Notes under the pieces: generated by a model
What the model was told of the DNA's origin: nothing
The model's input: the letters and a program-made list of their open reading frames with translations, nothing else
Databases searched by the model: none
Shown: in pieces, positions 10,001-22,000 of the stretch
How positions within the stretch are numbered: the first letter of the stretch is position 1
Layout of the letters: the number at the start of each line of letters is the position of its first letter
Program-made: the position numbers and the translations under genes
Origin: Phoronis australis
Lineage: Eukaryota; Animalia; Phoronida
Direction of reading: 5' to 3'
DNA: 64,000 bases
Assembly (NCBI GenBank): GCA_002633005.1
Contig: NMRA01000746.1
Coordinates: 1-64,000, forward strand

Positions 10001-13000
10001 AGTGTTTTTAGTAGTATCTGACCTTATACCAAATCAATATATTTTTTAAACTTACTGAAATTGTTTGTTAGTTAAAACAAACTAAAGCTCCAGTTTTGGA
10101 CATAACATATTTTTACATAAAATCCAAACGTTGAAGTAATTTAAAAATACTGAAAGTAATTTAGTCTTTAAGAATTATTTATTCAGAATGGCTCGAATTT
10201 ATTACAATAACATATTTAAAAGATGCTCTTATATTGACATCCATGCAAGTACCAAGGTTTCAACTACTGCTCTTTGTCAAAAGGTCTAACAGAATGCACG
10301 TCATGGTGAAATCAAAGTCGCACAGGCTGTAAATTTTGTTTCTCAGGATGTCTTCATTTTATACAATTCTGCTAGTTTTTATTGTTGCTAATGACAATGG
10401 ATTTTTGTGTCTTTTATTTTTATGTGCTTTGGAATATGTGTTTTCAGCATGATTGTAGAAATATACATTTATCGTTTCACCCAATTGCAGCACATGGATC
10501 AAGTTGTTAATTGCCTCTGTATGGATCGAGATTGGCCACAACAACTCCGATCTATTCCAATAGGCACCTCCCTGATTCTGCAATATTTACCCACGTTGCT
10601 GCACATCTGTAGGGCACTTACCCTACAACTGTGCACTGCAGCTATGGCAATCTCTAATTTGCTCTGAGATTTGTTTGCTAATTAGATAAAATTTTACTGT
10701 TCAGATCCATGGTGAGTTGCAATGCAGATAAAAAAATTTAAAGCTAGGTGAAGGGTTATAAATTGTTTTCAAAGTTGGCTGAGCTCAGAAATTGTTAGCG
10801 CTCTACCTTTCGAAAAATTACGTCAGTGTGTTTTTCTGCTTCCGTAATATAGGAGAGTTGAATCTCGTATGTGGGAATTTGAAGTTATCTAATCTGAACT
10901 ATGTAACCATAGTTGTGTTTGGCTTTTAAGAATTTGTACAGCACCCCACTGATTGTATTCTATTGATAATAACTAGCTGTGATCAATTCAATTGTGTCCC
11001 ACTGGTAAAATACTGGTGGATGGAGAAATAGATGCAACGTGGTATAAACAAAGTTCACAAACTTCAGTTCAGCTTAAAGAGCCTTTCACACCAGCATAGA
11101 CGCATTGATGTTTTTTGGAGTGTGTCGGTATGAATGGTTAATTTTGGTCTTTGATCCAAGTAACTGAGTAAGGAAAGAGCGCAAGTTAACTGCACTGTAG
11201 ACAGGTCAATTTAACACAAGAGTGTCATTACTTCAGTGCGGTGTGAATGGTTAACTTTGGTGCTATTGGTAATTATTGTCTGGTTTTGCCGTGAATAAAG
11301 ATGTATTTTGTAGTATTATTTGATTTTGTTTTTAAAATAGTCACCGTTGTACCTCAACTGACACTTTGTTTCATTTTTAATCTAACCACATAAAGGGTTA
11401 CACGGTATTCCAAATTTAAAAATATGATGCCTGCGTAGCATTTTCAGAACTTCATCTTACGATAATTCCATGACCCATGCACCATTGCGATAACTTAGCT
11501 CTCCATTAATTACCGATAGTTCAGACACCATCTTAACCTTTCAGACCACCAGTTTAAAAAGCCTTAACATTATTTCAAGATTAATAATTTCTTTTTTAGT
11601 TGGTGACCATTTGGCCAGTGAACCTGCAGGAAGCCAACCACTGTCATCAGCCAGTTCAACTACAAAGAGTCCACTCTCAAAGCATCAAGGTAAGGACATT
11701 TTTCAGCACCCGAGGAATCTCCTGCTGACTGAGTATAAATGTCGTCTCACTTTTGGCATAGGTCCATGTTTTTGTTACACATATTCGCTAAAACTTGTAT
11801 TACGCGTAATATTTTAATGCGGGATATTTTGTTGACGAAGAACTTCAATGAAGACAGATATCTCCACTCTCCCAACAAGAATATTTCCGTCATTAATTAG
11901 CCAAGTATATGCTTTCACTCACTCTGCATGGAGTCAGCAGTCATTTTCGTGAAAAGCGGCTTAAGGTTTAAGTCTGAATTTTTAAAAAAATTACAGACAC
12001 ATGAAAATGAAGAGAAAACATTCGTACCCACATTCATACGCACATGCACACTTGTGGTGGGGGTCATTTTACAACTTTCTGTTTGGAGTCTTAAGTCGCA
12101 TTTCATTAAACAGACTGCAGTTTGAAGGTTTTTCTTGAGATGCTGGCATGTTGAATGGAACATTGTGTCTAAAATTAAGAATCACGGACCATTGTGTAGA
12201 GACTTAACAGCATGGGCAGGGGAATTGTGGGAAGCTTCATGCACGGAAGTGGTAAAACTTTTACTTACTTCACACCAGGTACCTGCGCACGGATATTTGT
12301 ACGAATCCTGCTCCCCGACGCAATTCACAACTTTGTATAGTGGTTGGTAGACTTTGCATGCATGCTTGGTTGGGGGATAATTGAAAGTTCCTTTCTGCAA
12401 ACTGTCAGTATGGGGATCTCTCAGGTGCTTGGTAGCATTGTCAACAGAGTTGGGTCCTATCTCATGATCAGTGCCTGTTGTGGAGACTTAAAGGGAAACG
12501 GGAGAATTCCTGTGTATTTGCAAGAATATAGGCGAAAGATTAACTAAACAAGTTCATCAAGTTCTTGGACCTTGCTAATGCTTCTGTGAGTGTCAAGAAC
12601 TGAGAACCAGTAGGGAATATCTGAAATTCAATAGGAAAAGTTCCTGTTTAAGACTCATATAAAGTGACAACATCAAGGTCATCAACCAAAACGAAATTTG
12701 AACAAATCCAGGTTGGTTGCTGAAAAACTGGCCTCAAAAGCTGGCTATGAACTCCACTTGATTGATGAGGTAGTTAAGTAAAGTCAGGAGTATGCGTTCT
12801 TTTCTTGAAGAACCATTGTTCGACACTTAGGTTAACGACAATTCGCCAAAAAGCGACTGCGAAAATCCCAGATCGTTTAATGAAAACCGAGGTCGTCAAA
12901 GTGAGGTTGAGAGTCGCCGACCAAAAATAACCCAAAAAATGCTGTGCCATAGTCACCATTAATGAATATTACGGATTCCTGTTCCATTTTTATAGTAAAT

Positions 13001-16000
13001 ATACAGCTGGCATGCCTGTTCTATTTATTTCATAAATATACACCATTCGCCGTTATTTATTTAAAGCTTAAAAGGCACTGCAATTTTTTAACAGAATTTC
13101 ATTTGAATTATTTTCTAACTTTGGTACTCACTGCGGCGTGTTCGTGGCGACTTTTTTCCGGGTCGCCACATGCAATCTGAAGTTGTATTGATGAGCTGCA
13201 GGTCGCCAAATTGAGTACTAAGAAAGGCTTTTTAAATGTTTCCTGCATAGGTCTTTGAAGATGTATTTGCATGCTCTCAGCTATGCTGTTGTATAGCTGG
13301 AACTAAACGACAAGCTATTTTAACTTAATTTATGCTAAACAAAGTGCAATTGTATTCAGTGAAAACTTGTAAACGGGAAAACAAAAAATTTGCAAATCGG
13401 TGACCTTTGCACTAATGACGTACCTCGCAGGATCACATAGCGTGCGTCATGCAGTGTTCTTTCCCACCACCCCGTCACGATACATACTAGACATGGTTTG
13501 TTAATTTACGCAGAGCTCGTTCTTAAAAACATTTGGCAATTTTCAAGCTACTTCATGTTGCAATTTGGTCAAGCAATCACAGAAATTAGCCTGCAAGTTC
13601 CACTTGAACACTCTGTGAAGATGTCTGTAGAACAGGAACACTTTCCCCGTGGAGTGAGTTGGACCATTTCACCATATATCCCCACGCTTTGCCAAACTAC
13701 CCTGGTTGACGTAAACTAGTTCTTGCATGAAATCTGACTCTAACCACAGCTTGTGCTGATTTTGAACACCTTTTCGTACAGATCGCCAGCATCGTCAAGA
13801 GTGTAAGTACACGAGCGTCCTTTGTCTGCGTGCGTAGCACATTACCTGCTTGCTGCCTCACCTCAAGCAGCTTATTTGTATTCAGTTCACGTTTTTTAGA
13901 AGTTTTACGCGTTTTATTAGCTCATTTTTCTCACATCTATTTGCCGCGCTGCAGTGTCTGTGTTGTGTTGGGTGTGATCTTTGCTTCTGTTCTGTGGGTT
14001 GTTTGCTCATTTTGTTTTCATAATACCAGAAACCTCTTTGAACCTCAGTTACGGTAATATGTTGTTTGTCATTCTCTTGTGCATTGTGAAATCTACTGAT
14101 GTCCTGAGCACTCACTGTTTTTACCTGCAGTCACCAAAAGGTTCTTTATAGCTGATGAAAATAATTAAAAGTGGATCGTGTTTTACAATGAATCTCTTTA
14201 TTTTTAACACTACTGTGGTCGAAGACTTGTTATTTACATGTACCAGTAACTATGGAGATATTATATTAGATAAGTGTTTAAGAGGCATTATCTGAGAAAA
14301 CCTGCAAAATTGCAAAATGTTGGCGGAGGCACTTTCATCAATTAAGTTGATACTTTGCCCACCAATTTGTACTCACATATGAATAACTAAATCACGTCTG
14401 TTTTTTATCTGGAGTCATTCTATAAAAAATAATAAATACCTTCCGTCGTGGTTTTTTCACACACAGGACAAGAATGTCCAAAAAGACAAAAAGAATGCCA
14501 ACACTCACAGAGCTGGAAGCCAGTTTGTGACTTTGAATGATCATAATTAGTGGAATTGAAGCCATTGCTGTGCTTGGGAATTGATTTCGTTGAGCATCTG
14601 TGTGAATTTGTATTTCATCTCGACTTTTTGTTGACGCACTAAAATTGACCGAACGTCACTTCAGTTAGCCCTTGGTTAGGCTTAGTAAATCCCGAAGTTT
14701 TCCGATAGTAGAAGTCCGATTATGAAAAAGAAGTTCCAAATTATATTTAAAAAATGGTGTCTTAGTACAGAAAAAACTTTATTGTTCACCGTAATACTAT
14801 TTGAACTGTGGGATAATTCATCCTTTTTTGACAAGCCGACTTTATTCGGAGGCACTTTCGCATAATTGCCTTGGCAATTATCAGCGAAGGTCGATGTCAC
14901 GTGACATACCGAAACTCATCAAATTGCGTATTTTAACAGAAAAAGAGCATAAAATTACAATTTGTCTCTGTATCCTTCTTCATAATGAATTATGTGTAGA
15001 ATAAAGTTATATTCGAATAAAATAATAAGAGTTTAACTGAAATTACAACAAGAATTTTAGTTTTGAGAGTACAAGGGAAGGAAGACACAAGAATGGCGAC
15101 CCTTGTGGGTACTTGTTGTTCATTCTCTACAAAATCCACAGTAAATTGTTCTGAAGTCGGGGGTGAAAAGAATCTGACGAGTGTTATGAGCTGTGACAGA
15201 GATGTTTCCAAATATCTGCGGTACATAAACATATCGGAGGACGTAACGAAGTGGAAACTTCTGTTGAACAGAGCTGTATTTGACGAGGGCTCGGCTGATG
15301 AACTGACGGTGTGTCCCCTTCATAGGAACAAGTTTGGTGTAGAGTTCTTCCCATCTAAACTCTGTGCCTACCCAGATCATGGAGGGAAGAAGAAGAGGCG
15401 TCCTAAAGCTCCGTGAGGTTGACGCGCAATGAATTTAGCTATGTTATTGTTAGAGGAGATAAGAACTGAGAGAAATGTGATCCTGCCCGTTGGATCAGGT
15501 ATGCATTGTTTAATTCTGGATATATGGCAAGATATAGGGTAGAGTGAAAACGTGCATTTTAAAATGTGTCGGTTTTTGATGGTGACCACATGGACCGCCG
15601 CGCCTGGAGACTTTTTATAGATAGCTGGGAGACGAGTAGGGACTGTACACCGGCCCACCACTCTGGACCCCCAGGCTACGTTTCCTTTATTATGTTACAT
15701 TTTAAATACATTGTTTTGAAGACACAAATGGTCAATAATCGACACATTTTCTCGGAACTTAGAAAAAGGCCGCACGTAAACGCAGGTGCCAGACCTGCAG
15801 CCGCGCTCCGGCCTGGGCAGCGCAGACCCCGCAAGCTGCCGAACTTGACCGCGTGGACCACCGTCTGGGGAGTTTTCACAGACACTTGGGACACGACTAG
15901 GGACTGTATCCCGGCCTGCCTATAGACCCCGCTGTTTGCTTACTTTTGTTATATTTTCAAGGCTCCTTCGGAACTTATAATTATTTCAACACATTTCTGA

Positions 16001-19000
16001 AACTGACACAAATGGCCAATAATCGACACATTTCTTGGGACTTATAATTATTTCAACACAACGTTTCTGAAACCGACACAAATGGTCAATAATCGACACA
16101 TTTTCTCGGAACTTTTACGCAGGGGACAGACCTGAGCAGCCGCGCTCCAGCCTCGGCAGCGCAGACCCCGCAAGCGCCGACTGAGGACTTTCACAGATAT
16201 TGCCGGGACACGACAATGGACTGTATACCGGCCAGCTGCTTGACCCCAATACGTTTGCTTTTTGTTACATTTTCAAAGCACCTTTGAAAAAGCGACACAA
16301 ATGGCGAATAATCGACACATTTCGTGGAACTTAGAAAATTTTGCACATACGCAGGGACAGACCGGCCTGCAGCGCTCCGCCCTCGGCACCGCAGACCCCG
16401 CAGGATGCCGGACTTGACCCCGTGGTCCGCCGTCTGTGGAAACGTATCGGGCTCCAGCGGCTGGCCGGTATACAGTCCATTGTCGTGTCCCAGCAATATC
16501 TGTGGAAAGTCTCCAGCCGGCGCTTGCGGGGTTTTCGCTGCCGAGGCTGGAGCGCAGCTGCTCAGGTCTGTCCCCTGCGTAAATGTGCGAAATTTTCTAA
16601 GTTCCGAGAAAATGTGTATCGATTATTGGCAATGTGTGTCAGTTTCAGAAACGTTGCGTTGAAAAATTTTCTAAGTCCCACGAAATGTGTCGATTATTGG
16701 CCATTTGTGTCGCTTTCTGGCAAAGGTGCTTTAAAAATGTAACCAAGGTAAACCCACAGCAGGGTCTATTGGCAGGCCGGGATACAGTCCCTAGTTGTGT
16801 CTCGGGTATCTCAGTGTGAAAACTCCCCAGACGGTGGTCCAGGGGATAAAGTCTGGCATCCTGCGGGGTCTGCGGTGCCGCAGAACGGAGGGGGGAGCGC
16901 TGCAGGCCGGTCTGTCCCTGCGTATGTGCAAAATTTACTAAGTCCCAAGAAATGTGTCGATTATTGGCCATTTGTTTTCTTTTCAGAAACGTTGGGTTGA
17001 AAAATTTTGCGAGTACAAAGAAATGTGTATATGACTTTCGGCGCCGGAGCGCGGAATCACGGTAGCCGTCGGGTCAGAGCCTGGCCAGTGGAAGACAGGG
17101 GGCGCGCTTCGGTAGAGGCCAGTGGAAGACAGGGGGCGCACGTCCGTACTGGCCAGTGGAAGACAGGGGGCGCACGGGTATGTTCTCATTGGCGGAACTG
17201 AGCCGGGACATATTCGAGGTTTGCTGACTTTTGTTTCTCCGCTCATGATTAGGAAGTTTGCGCGGGTTTTGGTCGCGAAACGAAATGTGTCGATTTCACC
17301 CTAAATAATTGACATATTTTAAAATGCGCGTTTTCACTATTCCTTATATCCTGCCACTGTTGGAATTCTGCCTTCTAAATTAACATGATAACCAGTTACT
17401 GCTGAATAACAAGCATCATTTTTGGTAGTCACTAGTTTGCATTTATTTTTTTCTTAAGGCAAATGTCTTTTCTTATACATGTAGTACATTAAGAAAAGGA
17501 CCTGTGCATTACCACGAGCGACCTCAGCTTCTGATGGTCCCCAATACACTACATATAATACTACAAGGTATGACACTCGGGACTAGAAATTTCACGGGTG
17601 CTTCGATTCAGCCACCCATATCAAACACATAACTCAATAAATTTACACAAAACAGGGGTTCAACAAACCATGAGCAATTGTTCTTTCTTAACATTCACGG
17701 TGTCTTGCTCTACAGCAAATTCGCTAGAAATTCGCAGTCAAAGCGGAAAAATGTTCCCAAAAAGCCCAAACACACGTCGCACTTTGACAGTTTGAGATCA
17801 AGGACGGTACGGAAATTGCCGGTTTGTCGCGTTAAGTCACGATGTACACTTGGTCGTCCATCCGTAACTCATTGGTAATTTCGTTTTCATGGACACACCT
17901 AAAGTCAGTGTCAGGACTTCAGAGCGCAGATATGAAACCTGGTTCCTGATACTGAACTTAGGTAATCGCGAATGGAGCATTTGCAGTGCCTGTGTGTGTG
18001 TAGTTGAGAAATCAAGTGCAAGAAAGTTTTCTAAATGGCAATTCATATCACCGGATGAACCGTAATCTCCCTCCTGTTGAGGTGTTTTACCCTAATTTTT
18101 TTCAGATGATTACAAGCAAATGGCTGAGGAAGTATTTGGATTTTCAGCATTAGAGGAAGGTTGGGCATTGAAATCGGTCACAAAGCCCCAAGAATGTCCG
18201 AAGGTGTGATGGATTTCCTTACAAATATGTTTAACGATGGCGAGAAAAGTGGCCAAAAAGCAGACCCAGGGCAGTGTGTTCGGTTCATCAGATCGAAGTT
18301 TCCTTCCAATGAGTGGCGTACAGCCAAGCAGATATCTAGCTTTTTTTCACGACTTGCACTTCAAATAAAACGCAAAGCAGTTTTTGAAGATGAAGAGAAA
18401 GATGATGTTGCAAATGGTCGACGTATGGGAGGAGAAAATAGGGACGCAGTATTTCGTGAAGTAGGGGTAATGCACCCGATTATGTATGGAGGAGAAAACT
18501 TGTGTGAGATGTTGAGGGACAAAAAGTTGAGCAATCTGAAAGTTGGGAATTTGAAAGAAATTTCTAAGCTGCTGAACATAGACATTAAGCTATGTAAGCG
18601 TAAATCTGAATTTTTTAATACTGTTACAGGTTACTTAAAGATGTGCGCTTGCCATGCTGATGTCTTGAATAGATTTTTTAAAGGATATATGTGTTCACCC
18701 CTTCATCAGCGGGTGCTGACCGAAGTTGAGGTTGTGGGTAGGCATTGTGATGTTTGTAGGAATGGGAAATTGGTGGTCACATATGCCATTGTATTTCCAA
18801 GCTACTTGATTAGGACTCAAACCTATTGAAATATATTCCAGTTGCAATGCTTAGTCTCATCAAAGTGGCTTACTTCTGTTGCTGAACCCTTGAAAGAGTC
18901 GATGTCTTTCTGAGAGTTTTATGGTTTTCTATAAATGCTGAAAGGTGTAAACTGCTGGTCATACCAGTGAAGTGATTTTACATGATTTAGGGTGTGCCAC

Positions 19001-22000
19001 TCTTGAACACTTCCAGTCGGTGGAACCAATATTGGTGCATTTTCTACCTACTTAACCATTGCCTTGAAAAGCCTTGTTGCATAATATTAGTCTCGTTTAT
19101 TCTTTACTGTTGGTGGATGACACAAAATAAGGTTATTTTATGGAGTTTTGATTGATTTACATAGATTTCTGTGCGCCTTTGATTTAGACTTCCTGTGTGT
19201 TGGAAATGATTTGCTTTAGTTTGGTTTTTGGATTTTGATCCAAATTTTGTTTCACACAGTACATTTAGTTTTCTATGTAACATTGAGCAGACTTCGAGAG
19301 AATTCTGTCAGACTCAGCTAAACTGGGATAAACTTTCTCCAAAATTATTTGACAGATTAGTGGAACTTCTGTGTCCATGACATATAGAAATTTTGTCAGC
19401 TTTATGTGAAGTTATTGCACCTAGGTGTTGCCTTTCTAGATAAGATGTTATGTATACATTATCTAGTAGTTCATGATGGTGCAACTCTGAAGTATTCCTG
19501 TTTTCATCTAATTTATGGTTGAAAGTATGGGTTTTAGAAGCTAGTTATGTTTGTTTTTACATTACTTGAAGATCATAATATACTAATAGACATTCGAGTT
19601 CTTTTGCATATGAACAAATTTTTTATTTATTATTTGCATTCATTGTCTTTAGATTCTTGCAGTTTAATGACCTCTTTTCATAGAGGGGCAGGGGGCCCAG
19701 ACCCCTGGCTGGTGCAAGGAAAATTATACAGCGGCAGCGTGAAGAAATATCGAGTGCATCAATTTGGAATGGCAGGGGGGTAGAGCACGGCGGAACCGTG
19801 TTCTCGTTTTTTTTTTTAGAATTTGGGTACACCAGGGTTCACATTGCCAGTCCCCGCAACTTCTTTTCGGGCCGCCTGTGCATATGATTGTGCTATGCCC
19901 AATTCTCCGAGGCAACATCTTGGCCCCCCCTTAATTATGGTATACTAGATCCGCCAATGAAAGTAACCTTTAAAAAATAATGTGGAGTTCCTGTTGATGG
20001 GCAATAGTGAATATAAATTGAGGTGTTCTATAAAATTGAAACCGAAAGCACATTGTTCTTGGTGGCGTGCAGCTTTGAATTGACATTGACGATTTTTATT
20101 GTGGGTACTCCAGTGTCTTACTATTAAATAAGAATTAACTCTGGTGCGATTTTTGGGGGTTGTGCATAGATGGTATACAATGATTTAATTGTTCACAGAA
20201 CACTTTTTCAAAGTCGGCGGCTTTTTCAAAACTGTCTGTAGATTTCATAACTTGTGTAACTGAATCTTCTGCACAGAAAGTGAATATTATACATTCGACA
20301 ACTTGCACTGAAGTGTGTAGTTGTGATACAAATTCCTAGATATTTGGATATTTTGTAAAGAAATATTTGTATTTTGCACACGTGGCAACAAATCTAATTG
20401 GCAAAAATATGCCCCCCTCCCCTTTAGCAATTTTATTCTTTTGCCAATTTTGTACTGAATATTGTCAAAAATTCTACTCCATTATCCAAAAGACGTATAT
20501 CAAAACGTCACCTTGACTGAACCGTTGGCTTTTGTTTAGCCAGGCTAGCCAGCTGGCTTTGTACAAAGGCTAGCTTTCATTAAGCCTACGCTACGTCGAC
20601 TTATGAGGGAATCACCGTACACGACCCAGTTCTTGAAATGATAGCCAGTTGAAGAAGTGAATATTAGAAATTGCTTAATACATTATCAAACTACATGTAG
20701 CAAGAATTTCAAACACAATCGCAACTTTCGTCGATTGACTAGGAAATCGAGTCTGGCGGGGCCTGCTAATGATCACTAAACACTGCTTAGTGCTATTGTA
20801 TTAACAACAACCGATTCTACGCGAAGTAAAAACAACAAATAAACATTGTTCTACTAATTATTAAATAAATACCATGTATCCGTACATAAATAAGAGCCAA
20901 ATTTCGAAGGAAATCGCTGTACAAACGGACGCTATCGACTTTTCCGGTTTGGGTAAACTGTTCAATTTTACCTCCAATGCTGGAGAGCTTCATAGAATTG
21001 CCCAAAATTCTGCGTATTTGGCGGCATTTCACAGGAACTGTGAAGAAACTCCCACAGATTTGACGATGGAATATTTTTAATTTACCTTATTTTGGTAGAA
21101 AAAAATATCTCACTTTAAATAGTTAGGAACTACTTTCTAATAAAAGCCTTTTGAAATTCCACACTTACTACCCATTTCCCTATTGGAATACATGGGAATA
21201 TTGGATGTGCTGTAATCCATACAAAAACATTTTTTTGATTTTTAAAATAACTTTTTATTTTATTGTTTGGTATCCTTAATAAAACCCCATTGACAAAATC
21301 CATGAATTTTAACATGCCTCCGCCGACCTCTGCAGGTTTTCTCAGATAATGCCTCTTAATTAGTTATTAAGCGTATGCAATCGAGAACGCATAATCTGTA
21401 GTCAGTAATTGCCCGTGTTGGCCGCTGCTCTTGTAATGTGATTTGAATTCTTTTTAATAACTTTTGTGAAATAATGCAGAACTCATCATCTTTCAATACT
21501 TTGATCTTACCGTTTGCAAGCCAATGTGCCACCAGTTCGTCACTTAATTTGAAAATCTTGTAAGTCTTTTCATGTCATGCAGTTACAGACGTCTGCTAAC
21601 CTGTATCAAGGTGTAGCAGCTGTCACCTTTACACTGTTGCAGAAAAGGTGTTTTTTCTAAGGCTAAAATGTTCACTGACTCTCCATACACGTCATTTGTA
21701 CGGACTTTGGGGCGTGCATACTGAGCATTCTCCCGACATTGCTGGTTATCATATTGATATAACCAAAAGCTCTTCGTTGATTGTTTTGCAAGAAAAAGGA
21801 CCATTATGTGATGATGAAAGTGGATAGCTTTCCCAAAATATAATCGATTGATCCTTTGTTCATTGCTAGCATGGACGTTTTTTCAAAAATCTCTCCACAA
21901 GGTTGTGGGTAAAACCGTGGTAGCCGTCGAGTGTCCAACATGCAATCGAAAATCGCGGAGTCTCTTGCCATGTATTACTTACATGATGTAATCGTATGGT

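Larger units (their letters stand above)
14282..21355 (+). mobile_element. 7.07-kb non-autonomous DNA transposon, Sola3-like (Kolobok is the alternative), in MAP7 intron 3
   Basis: Perfect 25-bp TIRs GAGGCATTATCTGAGAAAACCTGCA (14282-14306 and 21331-21355), subterminal GGCGGAGGCA, TTAA on both sides (14278-14281, 21356-21359), GAG...CTC termini, internal transposase fragments with a GWAL motif. Confidence 0.85.

Noticed and set aside
10705-10717. 7-nt exon ttcag|ATCCATG|gtgagt
   Set aside because: Good splice signals, but it breaks the frame and its ATG is out of phase with exon 2
15566-17304. GC-rich ORFs on both strands
   Set aside because: Products of the repeated foldback modules, with no recognisable domain
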